DNA of 5,732 bases from a virus (taxonomy: Duplodnaviria; Heunggongvirae; Uroviricota; Caudoviricetes). Position numbers and translations under genes: made by a program. Of this stretch, positions 1 to 5,732 are shown one piece after another. The stretch is from positions 1-5,732 of the IMG/VR virus record IMGVR_UViG_2541047968_000001. The stretch is one strand, 5' to 3'. The stretch's first letter is position 1; every line of letters begins with the position of its first letter. The notes under the pieces were generated by a model. The model had not been told where the DNA came from. It made no database searches and worked only from the letters and a program-made list of their open reading frames with translations.

Positions 1-34
1 GATTCTGCCGCTGAAGATTTTATGAAGTCTCACG
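1..34 (+). repeat. Partial copy of an internal terminase large-subunit segment, identical to 2813-2846 and 5648-5681; identity ends at position 35 where Rz sequence begins
   Basis: Direct base-by-base comparison: window 1-34 matches 2813-2846 exactly and diverges at 35 (g here, t at 2847). In the terminase frame it reads [11 protein letters not shown]. Confidence 0.85.
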
Positions 35-62
35 GCTTTCCGCGTTTATCGTTATTCTGCTG

Positions 63-482
63 GTGGCCTGTGGAGCGCTGTGGATGGCAACAGACCATTA
101 CCGTGATAACGCGATTACCTACAAAGCGCAGCGCGATAAAAAAGCCAGAGAGCTGGAGCTGGCAAACGCCACCATTACTGATATGCAGGTGCGCCAGCGC
201 GATGTTGCTGCGCTCGATGCAAAATACTCGAGGGAATTAGCCGATGCGAGAGCTGAAAATGAAACTCTTCGCGCTGACGTTGCCGCTGGTCGTAAGCGCC
301 TGCAAGTCGCCGCCACCTGTGCAAAGTCAACGACCGGAGCCAGCAGCATGGGCGATGGAGAAAGCCCAAGACTTACAGCAGATGCTGAACTCAATTATTA
401 CCGTCTCCGAAGTGGAATCGACAAGATAACCGCGCAGGTTAACTACCTGCAGGAGTACATCAGGACGCAATGCCTGAAATAA
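63..482 (+). CDS. Rz: Rz-like i-spanin (inner-membrane spanin component), 5'-truncated: native start codon and first few codons replaced by the junction at 34/35
   Basis: Translation ...[44 protein letters not shown]... closely resembles lambda Rz as I recall it. The frame is open upstream to a TGA at 12-14 and encodes the membrane-anchor-like stretch [16 protein letters not shown], but has no ATG or GTG before GTG 63. Stop TAA at 480-482. Confidence 0.7.
   Translation: MACGALWMATDHYRDNAITYKAQRDKKARELELANATITDMQVRQRDVAALDAKYSRELADARAENETLRADVAAGRKRLQVAATCAKSTTGASSMGDGESPRLTADAELNYYRLRSGIDKITAQVNYLQEYIRTQCLK
244..429 (+). CDS. Rz1: Rz1-like o-spanin (outer-membrane lipoprotein), embedded in the +1 frame of Rz
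   Basis: Lies wholly inside Rz in a different frame, the classic Rz/Rz1 arrangement. Has a signal-peptide-like N-terminus with lipobox VSAC and a proline-rich mature region ([13 protein letters not shown]). Start may be ATG 244 or ATG 259, which is preceded by a GAGAG Shine-Dalgarno-like motif. Confidence 0.65.
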   Translation: MRELKMKLFALTLPLVVSACKSPPPVQSQRPEPAAWAMEKAQDLQQMLNSIITVSEVESTR

Positions 483-513
483 TTTTTTTGCAAATCACAA
501 AGTCAATTTAATG

Positions 514-536
514 AGCCTCGCGATGCGGGGCTTTTT
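514..536 (+). terminator. Putative intrinsic terminator downstream of Rz
   Basis: Stem 514-521 pairs with 525-532 (8 bp including one G-U), 3-nt loop, followed by TTTTT at 532-536. About 30 bp after the Rz stop. Confidence 0.45.
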
Positions 537-543
537 GCAATAA

Positions 544-568
544 ATGCGTACCGCAACGCATGTTTTTT
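544..568 (+). terminator. Second putative intrinsic terminator (tandem with 514-536)
   Basis: ATGCGT (544-549) pairs with ACGCAT (556-561), 6-nt loop, followed by GTTTTTT (562-568). The stem is short, so this is weaker. Confidence 0.35.
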
Positions 569-683
569 ACACCGAACCTGCCCCTTTGGAATGGGCCTTT
601 GAGGATACCAGTTAGTGCTGGCGAGCCTCGGTGGGCTGGTTTCCTATGCGGCAAAGGTTCATTTCAAATGGTAGGTAAACGTT

Positions 684-1205
684 ATGAATATCGTGCCACT
701 TAATTACAAAGGTGAAATTGTCAGTTTCAACACTGATGGTTGGATCAACGTCACAGGTGTTGCTGAGAGATTTGGAAAACGCATTGATAACTGGATGCGT
801 TTGGCAGAAACGCTTGAATACGTTCGTGCTTTAGACGAAGCGTTGACCGGGAAAGAATCTCAAATTTTACATCCCTCACAATCGAGGTATGTAAAAACCA
901 GCAAGGCACGAAAGGACAGGGGTGGTGGTACGTGGCTACATCCAAAACTTTCAGTTGCATTTGCCCGTTGGTGTGATGCTCGTTTTGCTGTGTGGTGCGA
1001 CCTGCACATTGATAGTCTGCTTCGCGGTGAACTGACTGAGCAGCAGAAATATGAGCAAGCATGTCGCATTCGCGATGACCGGAAATCAAAAGCCAGCAAT
1101 GGGGCAAGAGAGATGGCTCGCTGGCGATGGGATAAGCCGGTTATTGAAGCAAATGTTGAGTACTGGCGCGAGCAACTGCAGTTGACTCTCGATATCGCGT
1201 GCTGA
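684..1205 (+). CDS. KilA-N domain-containing protein (173 aa), likely accessory (moron) gene
   Basis: Intact ORF, ATG 684 with upstream AGGT, stop TGA 1203-1205. Motifs GWINVTGVAERFGKRIDNWMRLAETLEYVRAL and GGTWLHPKLSVAFARWCDARFAVW fit the KilA-N (APSES-like) DNA-binding fold as I recall it. G+C is visibly lower than in neighbouring genes (by-eye sample about 37% versus about 55% in the terminase gene). Confidence 0.65.
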   Translation: MNIVPLNYKGEIVSFNTDGWINVTGVAERFGKRIDNWMRLAETLEYVRALDEALTGKESQILHPSQSRYVKTSKARKDRGGGTWLHPKLSVAFARWCDARFAVWCDLHIDSLLRGELTEQQKYEQACRIRDDRKSKASNGAREMARWRWDKPVIEANVEYWREQLQLTLDIAC

Positions 1206-1815
1206 TGGCAAACGCAAAACTGCGTTATCTGAAAAATCAAAGCATTACGAGAACTGAGCAACGGCTATCCATTACAAAGCCCATCTACGGGTGGGCTTGA
1301 TAATGAAACCGGAATTTATTCTTGGCAACCAGTTACGGCAGTACCACGAAACAACCCAAGCCAGTAAGTGGGGAAATAACACTGGCAGCCACTGAAAGAT
1401 GAAGCTCCTGCCTTAAGGCAAAAAAGATTCTTTGTGGTGGCGGACTGATGGAAAGACATCGGTTATTGCAGAGGCCATTCAATGAGTGGTCTCGACAATG
1501 GCTTATACCCTACACGGGATAACTTAACTGATATCCCTTTTAAAGGATAAAGGTATTCAAGCCTGACACATCATGCGCTGTATCGTCGCCGTATTCCTGC
1601 ATTAACAGAGACCGCAGCCCGACGGGGAACTCCTCTGCGCGAGTGTGCGGAAATAATCAAAAACGATACACACCGGGGTTTACCGCGTTAACGGAGCGTG
1701 GCGTTGTCCCCTCATGGTCGCTCGTCCGGTGCGATGGTGGAAGAAACTGGATTTTGTTGCAACTGATAATCATTATCATTTTCTCGGGTCCTTTCCGGCG
1801 ATCCGGGCCGTTACG

Positions 1816-1827
1816 GGGCGGCGACCT
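1816..1827 (+). other. cosN: cosN 12-nt cohesive-end sequence GGGCGGCGACCT (staggered nick site of terminase)
   Basis: Exact match to the 12-nt lambda cohesive end, preceded by GTTACG as at the lambda right end. Confidence 0.8.
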
Positions 1828-1864
1828 CGCGGATTTTCACTATTTATGAAAATTTTCCGGGATT

Positions 1865-1875
1865 CATGTCCGGTT
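1865..1875 (-). promoter_or_regulatory. Candidate cosB R-element, inverted copy (CATGTCCGGTT on +, i.e. AACCGGACATG on -)
   Basis: Reverse complement of the 11-mer that occurs twice downstream. Its position between cosN and the small-subunit gene mirrors lambda R3. Confidence 0.4.
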
Positions 1876-1922
1876 TCTCTGCAAGTTAACCATATGAAAA
1901 ATATAAAAACATGCTTTCCATG

Positions 1923-1933
1923 AACCGGACATG
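1923..1933 (+). promoter_or_regulatory. Candidate cosB R-element AACCGGACATG
   Basis: Exact 11-bp repeat, separated from the inverted copy by an A/T-rich spacer (GAAAAATATAAAAAC) and from the next copy by 30 bp. Confidence 0.4.
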
Positions 1934-1952
1934 CGCAAAAAATAGACACTAA

Positions 1953-1963
1953 AACCGGACATG
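1953..1963 (+). promoter_or_regulatory. Candidate cosB R-element AACCGGACATG
   Basis: Exact repeat of 1923-1933, about 48 bp upstream of the small-subunit start, followed by the related ACCGGTTTT. Confidence 0.4.
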
Positions 1964-2010
1964 ACCGGTTTTGTTGTGATTGTGAGGTGAGAGTTTTTGC
2001 GAGGTGAGGA

Positions 2011-2520
2011 GTGGCTACGCAGACTGAAGTTGCCAGGCATTTAAGTCTGACCGATCGCCAGCTTCGCAGATTGCAGAAATTGCCGGGTGCCCCGATATCG
2101 AATAAGCGAGGGCAACTGGATCTGGATGCCTGGCGCGATTTTTACATATCGTATCTGAGAAGAAGTAAAAACGATGTGCCTGATGGCGATAGCGAAGACG
2201 ACTATGAGGAGAAATTGCTTATTGCCAGATGGGAACTGACAGCAGAACAGGCTGTTACACAGCAGTTAAAAAATGAGGTGTCAAAAGGAAAACTTATTGA
2301 CACCGGGTTCTGTATTTTTGCCCTCAGCAAGCTGGCAATGGCGTTATCCAGTACGCTTGATTCCATCCCTTTATCCATGCAGCGACAGTTTCCTGATTTA
2401 ACACCGCGCCATCTTGACCATCTGAAAACCCTTATTGCGAAGGGGGCAAATCAGTGTGCGCGGGCGGGGGATAAATTACCGGATTTACTCGATGAATATA
2501 TCAGAGCAACAACTGAATAA
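2011..2520 (+). CDS. nu1: Terminase small subunit (Nu1 homolog) with a divergent N-terminal DNA-binding domain
   Basis: The C-terminal half (GFCIFALSKLAMALSSTLDSIPLSMQRQFPDLTPRHLDHL...LPDLLDEYI) aligns with the lambda Nu1 C-terminus as I recall it; the N-terminal ~60 aa (MATQTEVARHLSLTDRQLRRL...) is helix-turn-helix-like but not lambda-like. GTG start at 2011 after GAGGTGAGGA; an in-frame TGA at 2005-2007 excludes a longer ORF. Stop TAA 2518-2520. Confidence 0.8.
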   Translation: MATQTEVARHLSLTDRQLRRLQKLPGAPISNKRGQLDLDAWRDFYISYLRRSKNDVPDGDSEDDYEEKLLIARWELTAEQAVTQQLKNEVSKGKLIDTGFCIFALSKLAMALSSTLDSIPLSMQRQFPDLTPRHLDHLKTLIAKGANQCARAGDKLPDLLDEYIRATTE

Positions 2521-4420
2521 TATGATGAGTGCTGTCACAACAGCATTACAGCCCCTGATAAGGGCATTGCCGGTGACGCCAGTTGAATGGGCTGATCAAA
2601 ATTATTATCTGCCTAAAGAATCTTCATATGGTGAGGGAGAATGGAAAACGCTGCCGTTCCAGATCGCCATCATGAACAGCATGGGGAATGATCAGATCCG
2701 GACTGTTAATCTGATTAAATCTGCCCGTGTTGGCTATACAAAGATGTTGCTGGGAGTCGCCGGGTATTTTATTGAGCATAAATCCCGAAACAGTCTGCTT
2801 TTTCAGCCCACGGATTCTGCCGCTGAAGATTTTATGAAGTCTCACGTGGAGGCGACGATTCGCGATGTTCCCTGCCTGAAAAAACTTTCTCCCTGGCTGG
2901 GACGTAAACATCGTGATAATACCATCACGCTGAAACGCTTTTCATCGGGTGTGGGCTTCTGGTGCCTGGGCGGCGCTGCCGCCAAAAACTACCGTGAAAA
3001 ATCCGTGGACGTGGTCTGCTATGACGAACTTTCCTCGTTCGAGCCGGATGTCGAAAAAGAGGGCTCGCCAACCCTGCTGGGGGATAAGCGTATTGAGGGC
3101 TCGGTATGGCCAAAATCCATTCGCGGCTCGACGCCTAAAATAAAAGGCTCCTGCCAGATCGAAAAAGCGGCCAACGAGTCGGCGCATTTCATGCGTTTTT
3201 ATGTGCCCTGCCCGCACTGTGGGGAGGCGCAGTATCTGAAATTTGGCGATGAGTCCACGCCTTTTGGCCTTAAATGGGAGAAGGACAGCCCCGAAAGCGT
3301 TTTCTACCTCTGTGAACATCATGGCTGCGTGATCTATCAGTCTGAGCTTGACCAGAGCAACGGGCGGTGGATCTGTGAAAACACGGGCATGTGGACCCGT
3401 GACGGCCTGACGTTTTTCAGCGCTGCGGGTAATGAAATTCCGCCGCCGCGCTCCATCACATTCCATATCTGGACGGCGTACAGTCCGTTCACCACCTGGG
3501 TACAGATTGTCTATGACTGGCTGGATGCACTGAAAGATCCCAACGGCCTGAAAACCTTTGTGAACACCACGCTGGGCGAGACCTGGGAAGAGGCCGTGGG
3601 CGAAAAACTCGATCACCAGGTGCTGATGGATAAGGTTGTGCGTTACACGGCTGCGGTGCCTTCCCGGGTGGTTTATCTGACGGCGGGCATTGACTCGCAG
3701 CGAAACCGTTTTGAGATGTATGTCTGGGGATGGGCTCCGGGAGAGGAAGCCTTTCTGGTGGATAAAATCATCATTATGGGGCGTCCCGATGAGGAAGAGA
3801 CGCTGTTACGTGTGGATGTGGCGATCAACAAAAAATACCGCCATGCAGACGGAACCGAAATGACCATTTCCCGTGTCTGCTGGGACACCGGAGGGATCGA
3901 TGGCGAAATTGTCTATCAGAGGTCAAAAAAACACGGTGTTTTCCGGGTGCTGCCGGTAAAAGGTGCATCTGTTTATGGCAAGCCGGTGATCACCATGCCA
4001 AAAACCCGCAATCAGCGGGGCGTGTATCTGTGCGAAGTGGGGACGGACACCGCAAAAGAAATTCTCTATGCCCGTATGAAAGCCGATCCCACGCCTGCGG
4101 ATGAAGCCACGTCGTATGCCATCCGTTTTCCTGATGATCCGGAGATTTTTTCGCAGACAGAGGCGCAGCAACTGGTCGCGGAAGAGCTTGTGGAGAAGTG
4201 GGAAAAAGGAAAGATGCGTCTGCTGTGGGATAACAAAAAGCGGCGTAACGAAGCGCTGGACTGCCTGGTGTATGCCTACGCGGCATTACGTGTGTCCGTG
4301 CAACGCTGGCAGCTTGATCTGGCTGTACTGGCAAAATCCCGGGAAGAAGAGACGACCCGGCCAACCCTTAAAGAACTGGCAGCGAAGCTGTCCGGAGGAG
4401 TGAATGGTTACAGTCGCTGA
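2492..4420 (+). CDS. A: Terminase large subunit (lambda gpA-like; ATPase/endonuclease)
   Basis: 642-aa product colinear with lambda gpA over its whole length as recalled: MNIS start, Walker A-like KSARVGYTK, CPHCGE, WTAYSPFTTWVQIV, FVNTTLGETWE, KKRRNEALDC. ATG 2492 matches the lambda MNIS start and overlaps the small-subunit gene by 29 bp; the track's 2435 start is a TTG extension. Confidence 0.93.
   Translation: MNISEQQLNNMMSAVTTALQPLIRALPVTPVEWADQNYYLPKESSYGEGEWKTLPFQIAIMNSMGNDQIRTVNLIKSARVGYTKMLLGVAGYFIEHKSRNSLLFQPTDSAAEDFMKSHVEATIRDVPCLKKLSPWLGRKHRDNTITLKRFSSGVGFWCLGGAAAKNYREKSVDVVCYDELSSFEPDVEKEGSPTLLGDKRIEGSVWPKSIRGSTPKIKGSCQIEKAANESAHFMRFYVPCPHCGEAQYLKFGDESTPFGLKWEKDSPESVFYLCEHHGCVIYQSELDQSNGRWICENTGMWTRDGLTFFSAAGNEIPPPRSITFHIWTAYSPFTTWVQIVYDWLDALKDPNGLKTFVNTTLGETWEEAVGEKLDHQVLMDKVVRYTAAVPSRVVYLTAGIDSQRNRFEMYVWGWAPGEEAFLVDKIIIMGRPDEEETLLRVDVAINKKYRHADGTEMTISRVCWDTGGIDGEIVYQRSKKHGVFRVLPVKGASVYGKPVITMPKTRNQRGVYLCEVGTDTAKEILYARMKADPTPADEATSYAIRFPDDPEIFSQTEAQQLVAEELVEKWEKGKMRLLWDNKKRRNEALDCLVYAYAALRVSVQRWQLDLAVLAKSREEETTRPTLKELAAKLSGGVNGYSR
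2803..2897 (+). repeat. Native copy of the 95-bp terminase segment that recurs at 5638-5732 (and in part at 1-34)
   Basis: Exact 95/95 identity with 5638-5732 by direct comparison. Encodes terminase residues about 104-135 ([32 protein letters not shown]). Confidence 0.9.
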
Positions 4421-4610
4421 ACTGCAGGCGCTGCGTCAGGCGCGCCTTGATTTATTAACCGGTAAACGGGTGGTGTCTGTCCAGAAAGATGGTCGCAGAA
4501 TTGAATATACGGCGGCCTCTCTGGATGAGCTTAACCGGGCGATCAATGATGCTGAGTTGGTACTGGGGACAACCCGCCGTCGCCGTCGTCCGCTGGGAGT
4601 GAGGTTATGA
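4404..4610 (+). CDS. W: gpW-like head-tail joining / head completion protein (68 aa)
   Basis: Same length as lambda gpW and a conserved core (LTGKRVVSVQKDGRRIEYTAASL..., C-terminal RRRRRP). GGAGG precedes ATG 4404. Overlaps the terminase stop by 17 bp and the portal start by ATGA. Confidence 0.88.
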   Translation: MVTVAELQALRQARLDLLTGKRVVSVQKDGRRIEYTAASLDELNRAINDAELVLGTTRRRRRPLGVRL

Positions 4611-5732
4611 AACGAAAGCCTGTCCTGATTGATGTGAACGGCGTTCCGCTTCGGGAGAGCCTCAGCTACAACGGGGGCGGTGCAGGATTTGGCGGGCAAA
4701 TGGCAGAGTGGTTGCCACCCTCGCAGAGTGCCGATGCGGCCCTGCTGCCCGCGTTGCGTCTGGGGAATGCCCGTGCAGATGATCTGGTGCGCAATAACGG
4801 AATAGCGGCCAATGCGGTGGCCCTGCATAAGGATCACATTGTCGGGCATATGTTTCTGATTAGCTACCGTCCGAACTGGCGCTGGCTGGGGATGCGGGAG
4901 ACCGCGGCAAAAAGTTTTGTCGATGAGGTGGAGGCGGCCTGGTCAGAATACGCAGAAGGGATGTTTGGTGAGATCGACGTGGAAGGGAAACGCACGTTTA
5001 CGGAATTTATCCGTGAAGGTGTGGGCGTTCATGCGTTTAACGGCGAAATCTTTGTGCAGCCGGTCTGGGATACGGAGAGCACGCAACTGTTTCGTACGCG
5101 TTTTAAAGCCGTGAGTCCGAAACGGGTGGACACGCCAGGACACGGTATCGGGAACCGTTTTCTGCGGGCCGGGGTGGAGGTTGATCGATATGGCCGTGCC
5201 GTTGCGTACCATATCTGTGAGGATGATTTTCCTCGCTCCGGGAGTGGACGATGGGAACGGATCCCGCGTGAACTTCCCACCGGGCGTCCGGCCATGCTGC
5301 ATATTTTCGAGCCGGTGGAGGACGGGCAGACCCGTGGGGCCAACCAGTTTTACAGCGTCATGGAACGGCTGAAGATGCTCGATTCCCTGCAGGCAACACA
5401 GCTTCAGTCGGCCATTGTTAAAGCCATGTATGCAGCGACGATTGAAAGTGAACTTGATACCGAAAAGGCCTTTGAATATATCGCCGGTGCGCCACAGGAG
5501 CAGAAGGATAATCCGCTTATTAATATTCTGGAGAAGTTTTCCAGCTGGTATGACACGAATAACGTGACACTGGGCGGTGTCAAAATTCCGCACCTTTTCC
5601 CCGGTGATGATCTGAAACTTCAGACCGCGCAGGATTCTCAGCCCACGGATTCTGCCGCTGAAGATTTTATGAAGTCTCACGTGGAGGCGACGATTCGCGA
5701 TGTTCCCTGCCTGAAAAAACTTTCTCCCTGGC
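4607..5732 (+). CDS. B: Portal protein (lambda gpB-like); native sequence runs only to 5637, after which the frame continues in frame into the repeated terminase segment to the window end
   Basis: Matches to lambda gpB as recalled: GFGGQ, LLP..GNARADDLVRNNG, KRTFT..IREGV..HAFNGE.FVQ, FEPVEDGQTRGAN.FYSVME..KMLD.LQ.TQLQSAIVKAMYAATIESELDT, LQTAQD. ATG 4607 follows GGGAGTGAGG. From codon 344 on, the translation is terminase sequence ([13 protein letters not shown]...). Confidence 0.85.
   Translation, partial: MKRKPVLIDVNGVPLRESLSYNGGGAGFGGQMAEWLPPSQSADAALLPALRLGNARADDLVRNNGIAANAVALHKDHIVGHMFLISYRPNWRWLGMRETAAKSFVDEVEAAWSEYAEGMFGEIDVEGKRTFTEFIREGVGVHAFNGEIFVQPVWDTESTQLFRTRFKAVSPKRVDTPGHGIGNRFLRAGVEVDRYGRAVAYHICEDDFPRSGSGRWERIPRELPTGRPAMLHIFEPVEDGQTRGANQFYSVMERLKMLDSLQATQLQSAIVKAMYAATIESELDTEKAFEYIAGAPQEQKDNPLINILEKFSSWYDTNNVTLGGVKIPHLFPGDDLKLQTAQDSQPTDSAAEDFMKSHVEATIRDVPCLKKLSPW
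5638..5732 (+). repeat. Second full copy of the 95-bp terminase segment, joined to portal sequence at 5637/5638; reaches the window edge so may extend further
   Basis: Exact identity with 2803-2897. The preceding base differs (c at 5637, t at 2802), which places the junction there. Confidence 0.9.

Larger units (their letters stand above)
1764..1975 (+). promoter_or_regulatory. cos: Lambda-type cos site: cosQ-like palindrome, cosN and cosB-like terminase small-subunit binding region
   Basis: 1785-1840 (TCGGGTCCTTTCCGGCGATCCGGGCCGTTACG / GGGCGGCGACCT / CGCGGATTTTCACTATTTATGAAAATTTTCCGG) is near-identical to the lambda right-end/left-end joint as I recall it. It sits about 185 bp upstream of the terminase small-subunit start, as in lambda. 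Confidence 0.85.

Noticed and set aside
22-240. 72-aa ORF starting MKSHGFPRL
   Set aside because: Its first codons are the terminase fragment (…DFMKSH) read across the 34/35 junction into the wrong frame of Rz; it is a junction artefact with no homology-supported product.
119-394. Minus-strand ORFs 119-394 and 175-369 inside Rz
   Set aside because: Antisense to a well-supported Rz/Rz1 locus, Arg/Ala-rich as is typical of spurious frames in GC-rich coding DNA, no start context.
1211-1226. Hairpin AACGCA-AAAC-TGCGTT just after the KilA-N stop as a terminator
   Set aside because: 6-bp stem but no following U-tract (followed by ATCTGAAAAATC), so not a convincing intrinsic terminator.
751-1261. 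Minus-strand ORFs 751-1107 and 860-1261
   Set aside because: Both lie antisense to the KilA-N gene, have Cys/His/Ser-rich low-complexity translations, and are most likely frame artefacts.
1876-1922. Exact IHF consensus (WATCAANNNNTTR) in the spacer between the inverted and direct 11-mers
   Set aside because: No exact match found by eye on either strand; only an A/T-rich stretch is present, so I do not call an IHF site as a feature.
1643-1923. Plus-strand ORFs 1643-1849 and 1714-1923
   Set aside because: They run across cosQ/cosN/cosB, which is conserved at the nucleotide level with lambda for cos function; the translations are low-complexity (LLQLIIIIIFS) with no ribosome-binding site.
2435-2491. 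Longer terminase large-subunit start (TTG at 2435) from the ORF track
   Set aside because: ATG 2492 matches the conserved lambda gpA MNIS start; the extension encodes an Arg/Gly-rich stretch inside the small-subunit gene and is unlikely to be translated.
2624-3616. Minus-strand ORFs 2624-2911, 2925-3113, 2942-3616 and plus-strand 2949-3143 inside the terminase gene
   Set aside because: Antisense or alternative-frame ORFs within a highly conserved gene; Arg/Pro/Gly-rich translations typical of non-coding frames.
3673-4403. ORFs 3673-3888(-), 3923-4171(-), 3990-4364(-) and 4101-4403(+)
   Set aside because: All nested in the terminase large-subunit gene in other frames; no independent support.
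4436-5680. Minus-strand ORFs 4436-4849, 4943-5680, 5029-5343 and plus-strand 4917-5114, 5181-5372
   Set aside because: Antisense or off-frame within gpW/portal. 4943-5680(-) shares its start ([14 protein letters not shown]) with 2624-2911(-) only because both cross the 95-bp repeat.
1-5732. CRISPR arrays, tRNA/rRNA genes, IS elements or an integrase
   Set aside because: No short regularly spaced repeats, no cloverleaf-like or rRNA-like segments, and no transposase or integrase-like ORF; the only repeats are the terminase segment copies and the cosB 11-mers.

Overview
This window is a lambda-like late-region segment: spanin genes Rz/Rz1, a lower-GC KilA-N-domain gene, a lambda-type cos site, then terminase small subunit, terminase large subunit (gpA-like), gpW and the 5' two-thirds of the portal gene (gpB-like), all on the + strand. 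The notable point is structural. A 95-bp internal piece of the terminase large-subunit gene (2803-2897) recurs exactly at the right end of the window (5638-5732), fused in frame to portal codon 344, and its central 34 bp also form the left end (1-34), fused to an Rz gene that has lost its start codon. The block 35-5637 is therefore bracketed by two unrelated junctions that both involve the same short terminase segment; this is either a real rearrangement/insertion within a second terminase copy or an assembly chimera. The cos site has lambda-like cosN and cosQ but its own 11-bp repeat elements where cosB would be, matching a terminase small subunit whose N-terminal DNA-binding domain is unlike lambda Nu1. 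No CRISPR array, tRNA or rRNA is seen, and I find no sequence evidence for a novel multi-gene system beyond these points. All homology statements rest on recalled lambda protein and cos sequences, not on a database search.
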